Source: Candidatus Uhrbacteria bacterium (lineage in GTDB: Bacteria > Patescibacteriota > Patescibacteriia > JACQSD01). From it: 35,326 nucleotides of DNA. Location: positions 1-35,326 of the forward strand of contig JACQSD010000025.1 in the NCBI GenBank assembly GCA_016206165.1, written 5' to 3'. This document shows positions 8,755 through 18,006 of this stretch, piece after piece. How positions within the stretch are numbered: the stretch's first letter is position 1; each line of letters opens with the position of its first letter. A program made the translations under genes and the position numbers. The notes beneath the pieces were generated by a model that saw nothing but the letters and a program-made list of their open reading frames with translations, was not told the DNA's origin and searched no databases.

Positions 8755-9144
8755 ATGTTTGTCGTAACTGCACGGGTCATTCACGGATTACGGCGCGGAA
8801 GGAACCTTGGGTTTCCTACTGCGAATGTGCGCCATCGCATCGGTCAAGCTCCACCCGATGGCATTTATGCGGCATGGGCATGCATTGATCGACAGTGGTA
8901 TCGTGCTGCGGTGAGTGTGGGGAAAAATAAGACATTTGGCGCGTCACATGCTACTATAGAAGCACATGTGCTCCATTGGAATAGGTCGCTGTATGGGCGG
9001 ACGATCACATTAGTTTTTGTTCGTTGGCTTCGCGCGATGCGCCGTTTCAATACGGATCAAGCACTGGTTCATACGATGAGAATGGATATAAAGAGAGTAA
9101 ATAGTTTCTTAGTTTCCCGCTGCGGCCGTTCTGGAATTTCTTAA
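8755..9144 (+). CDS. Stand-alone riboflavin kinase (RibF C-terminal domain)
   Basis: VIHGLRRGRNLGFPTAN, GIY, IEAHVL, LYGRTI. Confidence 0.85.
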   Translation: MFVVTARVIHGLRRGRNLGFPTANVRHRIGQAPPDGIYAAWACIDRQWYRAAVSVGKNKTFGASHATIEAHVLHWNRSLYGRTITLVFVRWLRAMRRFNTDQALVHTMRMDIKRVNSFLVSRCGRSGIS

Positions 9145-9157
9145 TTTCTTACCGATT

Positions 9158-9793
9158 ATGTTCACTGGAATTATTAGCACCATTGGGACCATTGCACGGA
9201 TCGAGCGCACTGCAAAAAAGAATCGTGTGACGTGTGCCGTGGCAGAAAAAAAATGGCGCGCAATGCTTTCGGTTGGTACGAGCGTGAGCATGGATGGAAC
9301 ATGCGTGACGATCGTTGCATTGCAGCCAAAGGGGTTCTTGGTCGACATTGCGCGTGAAACGGAGCGTGTGACAAATATCGGATCATGGAAAAAAGGACAT
9401 CGCGTGAATCTCGAGTTACCCGTTCGTGCAAATGAGATGCTCTCTGGCCACCTCCTCCTCGGGCATGTCGATGGCGTCGGTCATGTCGTCGAAATATATG
9501 ATCAGGGAAATGGAAAGCGGCTTGTCGTCGCACCACCCCCTGATCTTTTTCGTTTCTTGCCATACAAGGGGTCAATCGCAGTGAACGGAGTGAGCCTCAC
9601 CATCGCAAATGTGGATGCAGACAAGCATCAATGCATTATTGCGCTCATCCCCCATACGATTCATCACACGACACTTGGCGTGTTGAAACCAAAAGATCTT
9701 GTGAACATCGAAGTTGATGCGATCGCACGTTACCTTGATCAACTGCTCGAGGAACGATTTAAAATATTTGAAGAGCGATTATTACAGCGATGA
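9158..9793 (+). CDS. ribE: Riboflavin synthase (alpha)
   Basis: MFTGII N-terminus, VNLE, GHLLLGHVDG, KGSIAVNGVSLT, LIPHT, VNIEVD. Confidence 0.92.
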   Translation: MFTGIISTIGTIARIERTAKKNRVTCAVAEKKWRAMLSVGTSVSMDGTCVTIVALQPKGFLVDIARETERVTNIGSWKKGHRVNLELPVRANEMLSGHLLLGHVDGVGHVVEIYDQGNGKRLVVAPPPDLFRFLPYKGSIAVNGVSLTIANVDADKHQCIIALIPHTIHHTTLGVLKPKDLVNIEVDAIARYLDQLLEERFKIFEERLLQR

Positions 9794-10590
9794 AAACGAA
9801 CAAGTTTATTATCATCATCGTGCTCGTGGTTGCTGTTTTTTTTGGCTACCGTTGGTATCGTCGTGCCACTGCTCCACCACCGCCCCCCCCACCACCGTCG
9901 ATTGAGCAGACGATTACGACAATCGAGGGGTGGACTGTTGAAGAAATTGCCGAGTATCTCCGCGATGCGATTGGGATGCCAGTAACGGCGTTCGAGAAGG
10001 CAGCATTTGCGTATCCGAAAAGTCCGGCGGGAAAGAGTTTTTTTGGTGGTGGCCGTATACAGAGTGTCGAGGGCTATCTTTTTCCAGATACGTATCGTGT
10101 GTATAAGAAGGCGACAGCGCTTGATGTGGTTGAGAAGATGCTTGCAAATTTTGATGCGCGCGTCACCGCAGATATTCGCGCAAAAATTCGTGCGCAACGT
10201 CTCACGCTCCACGAGGGGGTCACGCTCGCAAGTATTATTGAGCAGGAGGTGGCAACACCCGAAGATCGGCGGGTTGTTGCCGATATTTTTTTGAAACGTT
10301 TGAAAGCCGGTATTGCACTGCAGGCGGACTCGACCGTGAATTATATTACGAAGAAGGGGATGAGCCGCGCGACGATTGTGGATACAAAAATTGATTCTCC
10401 GTACAACACGTATCGTTATCGTGGCCTTCCGCCAGGGCCGATTAGCAACCCTGGGCTTGACGCGATCCTTGCCGTTGCAGAGCCGACCCTATCACCGTAT
10501 TTGTATTTTCTCACAACCGAAGATGGCCGCGTCATTTATGCAAGGGATTTCGAGGAGCACAAACAGAACCGGCAGCGCTATTTGCACTGA
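9790..10590 (+). CDS. mltG: Endolytic transglycosylase MltG (short form)
   Basis: N-terminal TM, TIEGWT, EGYLFPDTY, LASIIEQE, LQADST, SPYNTY, GLPPGPISNPG, YLYF. Confidence 0.93.
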   Translation: MKTNKFIIIIVLVVAVFFGYRWYRRATAPPPPPPPPSIEQTITTIEGWTVEEIAEYLRDAIGMPVTAFEKAAFAYPKSPAGKSFFGGGRIQSVEGYLFPDTYRVYKKATALDVVEKMLANFDARVTADIRAKIRAQRLTLHEGVTLASIIEQEVATPEDRRVVADIFLKRLKAGIALQADSTVNYITKKGMSRATIVDTKIDSPYNTYRYRGLPPGPISNPGLDAILAVAEPTLSPYLYFLTTEDGRVIYARDFEEHKQNRQRYLH

Positions 10591-10610
10591 ATCACAGAAT
10601 CACGGAATCA
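10585..10610. repeat. 8-mer repeat (CACNGAAT)x3 upstream of the four-helix-bundle gene
   Basis: cactgaat cacagaat cacggaat ca. Confidence 0.85.
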
Positions 10611-10613
10611 TTT

Positions 10614-10973
10614 ATGACACCGTTTCAAGAACAACTTAAAAGCAAGATGCATGCGTATGTGCGATTTGTCTATCGAGTGACGAAGAATTTTCCGCGAGAT
10701 GAAATCTACGGAGTAACATCACAAATAAGACGAGCCGCTGTTTCTATCGTTCTCAATTTTATTGAAGGTTATGCGCGAAGGAAATTGCTCGTGCAGCTGA
10801 ATTTTTTTGAGACGTCGTATGGCTCTCTCCAGGAATCAAAGTATTTACTCCTCCTGTCTTCTGAAGAGGCATATATGACTCAAGATGAATATAAAATTGG
10901 CACGAAGATGGCAGAAGAGATTGGAGCAATGCTTTGGACGGAAATTATTTCTATTGATAAAAGTGCAAAGTGA
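10614..10973 (+). CDS. Four-helix-bundle protein (23S rRNA IVP / bAvd-like family)
   Basis: TKNFPRDEIYGVTSQIRRAAVSIVLNFIEGYAR and SYGSLQE match the family consensus FPxxExyGLxsQxRRAavSixxNIaEG. Confidence 0.9.
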   Translation: MTPFQEQLKSKMHAYVRFVYRVTKNFPRDEIYGVTSQIRRAAVSIVLNFIEGYARRKLLVQLNFFETSYGSLQESKYLLLLSSEEAYMTQDEYKIGTKMAEEIGAMLWTEIISIDKSAK

Positions 10974-11004
10974 TTCTGTGTTTTTTTGATTCTGTGTTTC
11001 TGTG
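10971..11004. repeat. Inverted 8-mer repeat (ATTCTGTG)n downstream of the four-helix-bundle gene
   Basis: tgattctgtg twice plus tttctgtg; reverse complement of the upstream cacagaatca. Confidence 0.85.
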
Positions 11005-11010
11005 AAAATA

Positions 11011-11700
11011 ATGAAAACTGTAGTCATCTCTCTCGGAGGGTCACTCATCGTCCCGGACGGCGGGATTGATATTCGTTTTCTCAAAAAATTTCGTGCTCTG
11101 ATTTTGGCACACGTCCGACGGGGTGTGCGTTTCGTCATCATCACCGGCGGGGGAACAGTGTGCAGAGATTATCAAAATGCACTCCGTGATTTAGGGAGGC
11201 GCGACGCGACAGATCTCGATTGGATCGGTATTCGGATAAGCAGATTAAATGCACATCTTGTCCGGATTATGTTTGGAAGCCGTGCCCCTGATCGATTTAT
11301 CACTGACGCAACAAACGTGCATCCACGTGAGTACAGAAAATATCCGCTCCTCGTTGCCGGAGGAGAAAAGCCGGGTCAATCAACGGATGATGTCGCGGTC
11401 AAGCTCGCCATTCGCTTTGGTGCACATGAGCTCATTAATCTTTCAAACATTCGCTACGTCTACGATCGTGATCCACGGAAACATAAAGATGCGAAACCGT
11501 ATCACGAAATGTCGTGGAAGGAATTAAAGAAACTCGTCGGAAGTAAATGGACTCCTGGCGCCAATGTTCCCTTTGATCCACGAGCAACCGCGCTTGCTGT
11601 GAAACATCATCGCACGCTCTTTTTCCTCCATGGCGGTGATATGAAAAATCTTAGCCGCTGTCTCGCTGGAAAAAAATTCGAAGGGACGATCGTACAGTGA
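11011..11700 (+). CDS. pyrH: UMP kinase, archaeal-type
   Basis: VISLGGS, ITGGG, DWIGI, PGQSTD, YVYDRDP, PFDP; alternative GTG start at 11002. Confidence 0.9.
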   Translation: MKTVVISLGGSLIVPDGGIDIRFLKKFRALILAHVRRGVRFVIITGGGTVCRDYQNALRDLGRRDATDLDWIGIRISRLNAHLVRIMFGSRAPDRFITDATNVHPREYRKYPLLVAGGEKPGQSTDDVAVKLAIRFGAHELINLSNIRYVYDRDPRKHKDAKPYHEMSWKELKKLVGSKWTPGANVPFDPRATALAVKHHRTLFFLHGGDMKNLSRCLAGKKFEGTIVQ

Positions 11701-11719
11701 TTATGATCTCCACCACGAT

Positions 11720-11755
11720 TCCCTCTCCTCGTAGGAGAGGGTTAGGGTGAGGTTT
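11720..11755. repeat. REP/BoxC-like hairpin repeat, intergenic copy
   Basis: ccctctcctcgtaggagaggg ttagggtgaggttt; shares both arms with 278-356. Confidence 0.75.
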
Positions 11756-11801
11756 TCGAGATCGACCTCGTAAAATTAAGTACGTGACACTATTACACGG
11801 T

Positions 11802-13283
11802 ATGTTCACATTCCCATCACACATTGGTAAAAAACTCGCGAAGAAAAAGATCACGTGGATTCGCGATCAAGAATGGTACCCGAAGTCTTTTCAGGGCTGG
11901 GCTGGACTTTTGATTATTCAGGGTGCGGGCGCGGTTGCTGCCACATTGAAACGAATGCCGCAGGCGATGCGGTTTGGCGCGATGACCGTGGAAGGCACGC
12001 AGAGCTCATGGTACTGGAATGTCGCTGAACAGCGGCGCGTGCGGCCGATCCTTATTACAAAGTTGCGCAAAAATTCTGCATGGGCGCGTATGATTGTCCG
12101 GAAGTTTTTTGTGGCATGGCACGCGTTTGATCGGACGGTAACACGGGTATTGCATCAAGATTTTTCGAGCCTTTCATTACGACAGCTCGGAACGTTGTAT
12201 ACCGAGTGCGTTGATGCAGCGCTTGTTCAGGCCTCATACGGGTATATCGTCGAACCATTCTTAACCGCAGGGGAGGAAGATTGGTTGGTTGCGGCGATCC
12301 GCGATGCACTGCCAGAGAAAATCGCGACGGCGCGCGTCGAAGAGATTACTCGCGTGTTGACGACGCATACGATTCCCACATTCTCACAAGAAGAGGCATG
12401 GTCGCGCGCCGCGCTCGCCAAGAAAGCGCGAGGGCGTGTGTTTGATCGCGCACTGAAGGCGCATGTGGAAAAATTCGCGACGATGCGGGGGAATTACTAT
12501 GATGTGCCGCGGCTTACAGAAAAAGAAGTGCGTGCATCATTGCGAACGTTTGATGTGCATGGTGCGGAGGAGAGCCAGAGGATGATGCGTCGTACTGCTC
12601 GAGCGAAAGCCCGCATCGTAAAACAGTATCGTCTTCACGCGCTCGCATCACTCCTTGATGGTGCTGAACAATTTGCGCACATGCAGGATTATCGGAAGTG
12701 GGCAGTGACAAAGGTGAATGACGTTGTGTTCCAGCTTCTTGATGCAATGGCGCCGCTCCTTTCCGTATCGGCAACGACACTTCGTTACGCAACGCCGAAC
12801 GAGATTGTTCGCGCGTGCATGGGCAAAAGAATAGATTGGAAATCAGTGGGAGAGCGCAGTGCAGGGACATTGTATTGGTGCACCGCGAGCGGCGTCACTG
12901 TTTATCAAGGCAAGGCATTGCGCGGATTTGACGCCAAGTTTTTTCATGGCAGTGCAGGCGTGAATAAAGTATTGAAAGGAACAACCGCAATGCCGGGAAA
13001 AGTGCGCGGGCGCGTGCGCATTGTGTATGGCCGTCTCGAGTTTGCGGCGTTCAAGAAAGGGGAGATCCTCGTAACCAATAATACAACGCCGGAGTTTGTA
13101 CCAACAATGAAACGCGCGGCTGCGATTGTCACCGAACAGGGCGGCATCACCTCGCACGCAGCGATCATCTCCCGTGAACTCAAAGTCCCTTGCATCATCG
13201 GGACAAAAGTCGCCACCAAAGTTTTCAAAACTGGCGATCGCGTGGAAGTTGACGCCGAGAACGGAGTTGTAAGGAAGATATAA
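11802..13283 (+). CDS. Paralogue 1: novel N-terminal domain plus C-terminal phospho-His swivel (PEP-utiliser mobile) domain
   Basis: C-terminal GKVRGRVRIV...GEILVT...VTEQGGITSHAAIISRELKVPCIIG...VEVDAENG; alternative GTG start at 11784. Confidence 0.9.
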   Translation: MFTFPSHIGKKLAKKKITWIRDQEWYPKSFQGWAGLLIIQGAGAVAATLKRMPQAMRFGAMTVEGTQSSWYWNVAEQRRVRPILITKLRKNSAWARMIVRKFFVAWHAFDRTVTRVLHQDFSSLSLRQLGTLYTECVDAALVQASYGYIVEPFLTAGEEDWLVAAIRDALPEKIATARVEEITRVLTTHTIPTFSQEEAWSRAALAKKARGRVFDRALKAHVEKFATMRGNYYDVPRLTEKEVRASLRTFDVHGAEESQRMMRRTARAKARIVKQYRLHALASLLDGAEQFAHMQDYRKWAVTKVNDVVFQLLDAMAPLLSVSATTLRYATPNEIVRACMGKRIDWKSVGERSAGTLYWCTASGVTVYQGKALRGFDAKFFHGSAGVNKVLKGTTAMPGKVRGRVRIVYGRLEFAAFKKGEILVTNNTTPEFVPTMKRAAAIVTEQGGITSHAAIISRELKVPCIIGTKVATKVFKTGDRVEVDAENGVVRKI

Positions 13284-13290
13284 CCACTCT

Positions 13291-13944
13291 ATGCGCACGC
13301 TCGCATTCATTGATGCATCAAATCTCTTTTATGGCGGTGAGAAGAGTTTAGGTTGGAAGATTGATTATCAAAAGTTACTCCAGTATCTTCGCGAGAAGTA
13401 TCAGGTTGAGGCCGCATTTTATTTTGGTGGCGTTGAGATACATAATTTTCAATTTGATTACCTTGCGAACGATACAGTACCGATTGATCTGCTCGTGTCG
13501 CATCTCTCGCGACTCGTGCACGAGCGCGGGGACACATTGGATGATGCCGCATTATTGCTCTTGAGTCGACATCTTGCGCGTGTCCGATTCTATGTGCGAC
13601 TGCAAGAGTTCGGTTATCAGCTGCGCCTGAAGCCGGTCAAATTGTATACCAATGATGACGGTACGACTCGGCGGAAGGCCAATTGCGATGTCGACATGAC
13701 ATTTGTTCTCATGAAGGAGCAGGAGCATTTCGATCGCGTCATCATTCTTTCTGGCGATGGAGATTTCTTACCAGTTTTGAAGCATTTACGAAAGGAGGGT
13801 AAGGAGATCATTGTTCTTGCCCGTGGGCCTCGGGCAGCCCGTGAGATTCGACAGTTTGCAGGGGGAAACTTTCGAGATTTTGAGTATCTGAAGTATCTTT
13901 TGAAGATGGAAGATGAAGTAAATAAACGGAGGGGACTCATATAG
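13291..13944 (+). CDS. NYN-domain (LabA/DUF88, PIN-like) nuclease
   Basis: FIDASNL, KANCDVDM and LSGDGDF acidic motifs. Confidence 0.9.
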   Translation: MRTLAFIDASNLFYGGEKSLGWKIDYQKLLQYLREKYQVEAAFYFGGVEIHNFQFDYLANDTVPIDLLVSHLSRLVHERGDTLDDAALLLLSRHLARVRFYVRLQEFGYQLRLKPVKLYTNDDGTTRRKANCDVDMTFVLMKEQEHFDRVIILSGDGDFLPVLKHLRKEGKEIIVLARGPRAAREIRQFAGGNFRDFEYLKYLLKMEDEVNKRRGLI

Positions 13945-13969
13945 AATCCCCTCCACGTTTAGTACTTTT

Positions 13970-13999
13970 ACTATAGCAATCATCATGATATTGTGTCAA
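13970..13999 (-). promoter_or_regulatory. Antisense sigma70-type promoter facing the NYN 3' end
   Basis: TTGACA (13999-13994)-18 bp-TATAGT (13975-13970) with TG extension. Confidence 0.55.
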
Positions 14000-14051
14000 G
14001 AGCAGCCTGACAGAGCAGCCTGATACAGGGCAATGACGAGATTTTTACACT

Positions 14052-15440
14052 ATGACTTCACCATGGAAAAAATTTATTGCGCGGGAAGGGGTTGATGTGT
14101 TGACGATTTCATCGTTGGACATTGTTTTCTATGCCTGCATTCGGGAGTACGACAAGAAAACGCGGGAGCCGTTCTTTACCCGCGTGCAGGATCGTGTGCT
14201 CACGCATTATCTTTGCGTGGACCCATTGCCGGTGGGAAGAAAGATTTATCCGATCTTCTTTAAAACTCCTGCGCATGTACAGCGGTACTATCGCGAAGGA
14301 TTAAAATTTTTATCGCATGTACGGAGGATAACACGTGCATGGAAAAAGAAAGCAGCGCGGTCGGATCATGCATGGCAGCTTGCTGCATTTAAGGAATTCC
14401 GAAAACAATTTTTGTACGTCAATTATACTTTCAGCATCTGGCCGTGGTGGGGGATTGAATCGTGGCAGACCGATGCGGATGCGTTGTTCAACACGTTGAT
14501 CGAGCGTCGTGGGTTGCAGGATCGCAGAGACGAACTCCTTGCGTCTATTTATCATCCGTGGAAGAAGACAGCGATCATCGAACTCCAGGATCACATGCGC
14601 CATGGAGTAGCGATCCCCAAGCTGCTGCAGCGGTATCAATTCCTGCGGAGCTGGTCGGTCGTGTGGTATCGTCCGATTAACAAGCAGTGGATCGAGGATT
14701 TCAAGAAACAAAATATCGCGGGTGCGCATATGAAACTATTGCCACGTGCAGCTCTGGCGCGTCTCTTGCGGCCGACAAAAAAAGAGCGATGGTTTCTTGA
14801 TATCGCACCATACATTATTTTTTTTAAGGATTGGCGCGATGATGTGCGACGTACGCACGTTTACGAATGGTCGTTTTTCTGGGACGCATTAGCAGAACGT
14901 TTTCACGTCGAACGGAATGACCTCGGGTATCTCTCGTTTGATGAGATGGAGCAGGCAATCAAGACAGATCATTTTCCTGTGGAGACTGTTGCATATCGAA
15001 AGAGTCATCCATGTATCATCACGACGAGCGGGAATGATCGCAATATGACGGTGCATGACAAAAACATCCGACGGTATCTTTCGATTATCAATGCGGTTGA
15101 TCATGCAGCAGCGAAGAGTATTGCGATCACAGGGCTCATTGCACAGACCGGAAAGGCACGCGGTATTGTGCGAATCCTAAAAACATATCACGACATTAAA
15201 AAATTCAAGCAAGGCGAAATCTTGGTTGCGAATACGACGCATCCGAATTATCTCCCAGCAATGCAAAAGGCAGCCGCGTTTGTGACGAATGAGGGGGGCA
15301 TCGTGAGTCATGCCTCGATCGTCGCCCGTGAACTGAAAAAGCCGTGCATCGTCGGCACAAAAAATGCGACTGACATTCTTAAGGATGGCGATGTAGTAGA
15401 AGTCGATGCGGAGCGCGGAATTATTAAGAAAATCTCCTAA
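14052..15440 (+). CDS. Paralogue 2: N-terminal domain plus phospho-His swivel domain
   Basis: VTNEGGIVSHASIVARELKKPCIVG. Confidence 0.9.
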   Translation: MTSPWKKFIAREGVDVLTISSLDIVFYACIREYDKKTREPFFTRVQDRVLTHYLCVDPLPVGRKIYPIFFKTPAHVQRYYREGLKFLSHVRRITRAWKKKAARSDHAWQLAAFKEFRKQFLYVNYTFSIWPWWGIESWQTDADALFNTLIERRGLQDRRDELLASIYHPWKKTAIIELQDHMRHGVAIPKLLQRYQFLRSWSVVWYRPINKQWIEDFKKQNIAGAHMKLLPRAALARLLRPTKKERWFLDIAPYIIFFKDWRDDVRRTHVYEWSFFWDALAERFHVERNDLGYLSFDEMEQAIKTDHFPVETVAYRKSHPCIITTSGNDRNMTVHDKNIRRYLSIINAVDHAAAKSIAITGLIAQTGKARGIVRILKTYHDIKKFKQGEILVANTTHPNYLPAMQKAAAFVTNEGGIVSHASIVARELKKPCIVGTKNATDILKDGDVVEVDAERGIIKKIS

Positions 15441-15449
15441 CCGCGCGGA

Positions 15450-15488
15450 GCCCCGTACTGTCCGCCTCGTGCGGGCTAGTACTGGGGC
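15450..15488. other. GC-rich hairpin after paralogue 2 (REP-like or terminator)
   Basis: gccccgtact...agtactggggc with inner ccgc/gcgg stem; no U-tract. Confidence 0.5.
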
Positions 15489-15524
15489 GGATCAAGGTAT
15501 CATAAGAAAGGTGTAGTGCTCGAC

Positions 15525-15553
15525 TTTACAGATGTCTTATAGAGTGTTAAGAT
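15525..15553 (+). promoter_or_regulatory. Sigma70-type promoter
   Basis: TTTACA-17 bp-TAAGAT with TG extension, upstream of ATG 15584. Confidence 0.55.
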
Positions 15554-15583
15554 TGATGAATCTACAATTAACAATTCATCCTT

Positions 15584-16924
15584 ATGTCATTCACTGAAGG
15601 GGAACAAGAAGTCACAACTAATCATGGTCTAGAGCAGCAGGAGTTCGGCGAACGCATGCGCGTTGAGGCACAAGAATTGCAATCGGAACTTGAGAAGAAT
15701 TACAAGGACTTTCATGAGAATCCGGAACTTGGTGGAGAAGAAAAACGAACCTCTGGGCGTGTCATTGAAGAGCTCGAAAAACTTGGCATTGAGATTGTGG
15801 GAAAAGAAATTGGATACAAAATGGGTACTGGTATTGTTGCGCGAATCAAGGGTAAGCAAGGTGGACCCGTGATTGCACTCCGTGCAGACATGGATGCACT
15901 GCCAATTCAAGAAGATTCCTCACACGAGCTTCGATCAAAAAAAGATAAAGTGATGCACGCATGCGGGCATGATGCGCATACGACTGGACTTCTTGGTGCC
16001 GCGACGCTGTTGAAGGATCTCGCAGATAACGGTGAATTACCCGGCGATGTGATTCTTCTTTTCCAGCCGAGTGAAGAAAAGACGCATCAGAAAGAAAGCG
16101 GATCAGTGCAGATGGTCAAGTTTTTAGAGGAGCATGGCTTGCGTAACGAAATTAAGGCATTCTTTGGTATCCATGTACGGAGTGATCACGAACGCGGATG
16201 GGTGAATTTGAAAGACGGGATTCAGTTTGGAAGTTCCGGGGAGATTGATATCACACTTAAATCTCCAGGAGGGCATATCATGAATGCGTATACCGAACCG
16301 AATTTGAATCTTATTTTTGCAGAGATTACGGTCGAGCTCGATAAAATATTTCGTGCGGCAGGAGAAAGTAAAGAGGCGCTCATTGCATCAGGGCGAACGA
16401 ATTTTGCAGGGTCGGGATACAATGTCCTTCCCGCAGCTGCAGACAGCACCTTTGTCGTTCGCATTGCATCGGAGCGATATCGAGAAATTCGTACAGATGT
16501 TCTCAATACGATTCAGAAGGTTGTTGCCGATGCGGTTGCACGACATGATCCAACAAAGAAGGTGCAGATTGAGCTCACCCCACGTCCTGGCTATCGGCCG
16601 GTGATTCATCGTGATCCTGAATTGGTGAAAATTGCGGACGCGTCGGTTGCAGGGACTGTTGACGATTATCATCGCGTGGAGGTGACGGAAAATGCGGGTG
16701 AAGATTTCTGTTTTTATCTAGAAAAGTTCGCGGATAAGCAAATCCCCGGAACGTTCGTATGTGTGGGGGCAGCAAATCCGGACAAGGGTATACCAAAAAT
16801 CGGACATCATACGCCAAAGTTCAGGATTGACTCGGATGTGCTCCCCGAAGTTTCCGCGTTGCACGCAACACTCGCAGTCAATGCATTAAAGTATTTTGAA
16901 AATATTCGACGTCCGCAAAACTAA
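15584..16924 (+). CDS. M20 family amidohydrolase (M20D/ACY1-like)
   Basis: FHENPELG, RADMDALP, MHACGHD, FQPSEE, GIH, GEDF, HHTPKF. Confidence 0.92.
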   Translation: MSFTEGEQEVTTNHGLEQQEFGERMRVEAQELQSELEKNYKDFHENPELGGEEKRTSGRVIEELEKLGIEIVGKEIGYKMGTGIVARIKGKQGGPVIALRADMDALPIQEDSSHELRSKKDKVMHACGHDAHTTGLLGAATLLKDLADNGELPGDVILLFQPSEEKTHQKESGSVQMVKFLEEHGLRNEIKAFFGIHVRSDHERGWVNLKDGIQFGSSGEIDITLKSPGGHIMNAYTEPNLNLIFAEITVELDKIFRAAGESKEALIASGRTNFAGSGYNVLPAAADSTFVVRIASERYREIRTDVLNTIQKVVADAVARHDPTKKVQIELTPRPGYRPVIHRDPELVKIADASVAGTVDDYHRVEVTENAGEDFCFYLEKFADKQIPGTFVCVGAANPDKGIPKIGHHTPKFRIDSDVLPEVSALHATLAVNALKYFENIRRPQN

Positions 16925-16973
16925 ATTCGCCCCATGGTAGTTTAGGATTTAGGATTTCGGATCTCCCTATTCT

Positions 16974-17909
16974 ATGGCTATCCGACACCTTATCAACTCA
17001 TCCGATCTCACGAAAGCAGACTACGACGAAATGCTCCGGCGGTTTCGTTTTTTTGTAAAGAACGGAATCTCACCGGATCTCGCACGTGGGAAGATTGCCG
17101 CAACGCTCTTTTTTCAGCCGTCAACACGTACGATGAATCTGTTCCAGATCGCGATGCTTCGGATGGGCGGTGGCTGGATTGGTACGGTTGGAGAGAAGGG
17201 GCTCTCGATGGAAAAGGGTGAGACGCTCGAAGATACCGTGCGCGAGTACAGTTGTTTTGCGGACATTATTGCGTTACGTCACCCGGATGATGATTCTGCA
17301 GAACGAGCAGCAAAGGCGTCGTTTGTCCCGCTCTTGAATTGTGGGAGCGGATCGCGCGAGCACGCGGTCGCAGTCCCATACGTGTTGTGCGAAATGGCGT
17401 ACTTTTTGAAAGATCGCCCATTACAAGGATTGAAGATTGGAATTTATGGAACACCAGAAATCAATCGCGTCACGAAGGCAATGGTGCCAATTTTTGGAAT
17501 GTTCGGCATGGACCTTGTTGTGGATGACCTCGGACATTTCCCGATTCCGAAGGATATTGAAGAAAAAGCAAAAGCATATGGATTGAAAGGTTTGCGCTAC
17601 GACAAGCTCGAGAATTTTATCGGTGATGTGGATTTCCTTTTCCTCACGCGTGGACTCCAAAAGGGGATCATCCCACCGGACAAGTTCCCGAAAGAAAAAG
17701 AAGAACTGATTTTGAAGAGTTATCAGACAATTACCACGGAGCACATGAAGAAACTGCGCAAGGATGCGTTCCTCTTCATGTTGAAGCCACGAATATTTGA
17801 GGTTGATAAAGCAGTGGATGCTGATCCACGCTGCACGCATTCAAAACAAGAGCCATACAAGGAACTCGGCGCTTCGATGCTTACATTTTACCTCGACATT
17901 AACGTTTAG
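16974..17909 (+). CDS. ATCase/OTCase-family carbamoyltransferase with divergent active site
   Basis: LFFQPSTRT, KGETLEDT and ALRHP present; HPTQ and HPLP motifs replaced. Confidence 0.8.
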   Translation: MAIRHLINSSDLTKADYDEMLRRFRFFVKNGISPDLARGKIAATLFFQPSTRTMNLFQIAMLRMGGGWIGTVGEKGLSMEKGETLEDTVREYSCFADIIALRHPDDDSAERAAKASFVPLLNCGSGSREHAVAVPYVLCEMAYFLKDRPLQGLKIGIYGTPEINRVTKAMVPIFGMFGMDLVVDDLGHFPIPKDIEEKAKAYGLKGLRYDKLENFIGDVDFLFLTRGLQKGIIPPDKFPKEKEELILKSYQTITTEHMKKLRKDAFLFMLKPRIFEVDKAVDADPRCTHSKQEPYKELGASMLTFYLDINV

Positions 17910-17944
17910 TGTTCGAGCGGGTCGAGAACATTCATAAAAAGAAT

Positions 17945-17976
17945 GAACCCCACGCGCGTTTCCGCACGTGGGGTTC
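17945..17976. terminator. Hairpin between convergent genes
   Basis: gaaccccacg...cgtggggttc 10-bp stem; T-rich tail on the minus strand. Confidence 0.75.
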
Positions 17977-18006
17977 GTTGTTGCTGAGGTTCTGTCGAGC
18001 GCCTCT

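Noticed and set aside
9868-9900. C-rich repeat in mltG
   Set aside because: Simply encodes a poly-proline linker after the TM anchor.
10614-10973. DGR accessory gene avd
   Set aside because: Related fold, but no adjacent RT or template repeat; the sequence matches the generic four-helix-bundle/IVP family.
13270-15495. Integron attC sites after paralogues 1 and 2 (TAAC at the stops)
   Set aside because: No matching GTTRRRY ends, no recurring cassette-boundary structure and no integrase in the window.
16974-17909. Assigning the symbol pyrB (and likewise pncB at 31396-32811 and gpmI at 7836-8753)
   Set aside because: Family membership is clear, but key substrate motifs or domains are changed, so the canonical function cannot be asserted.
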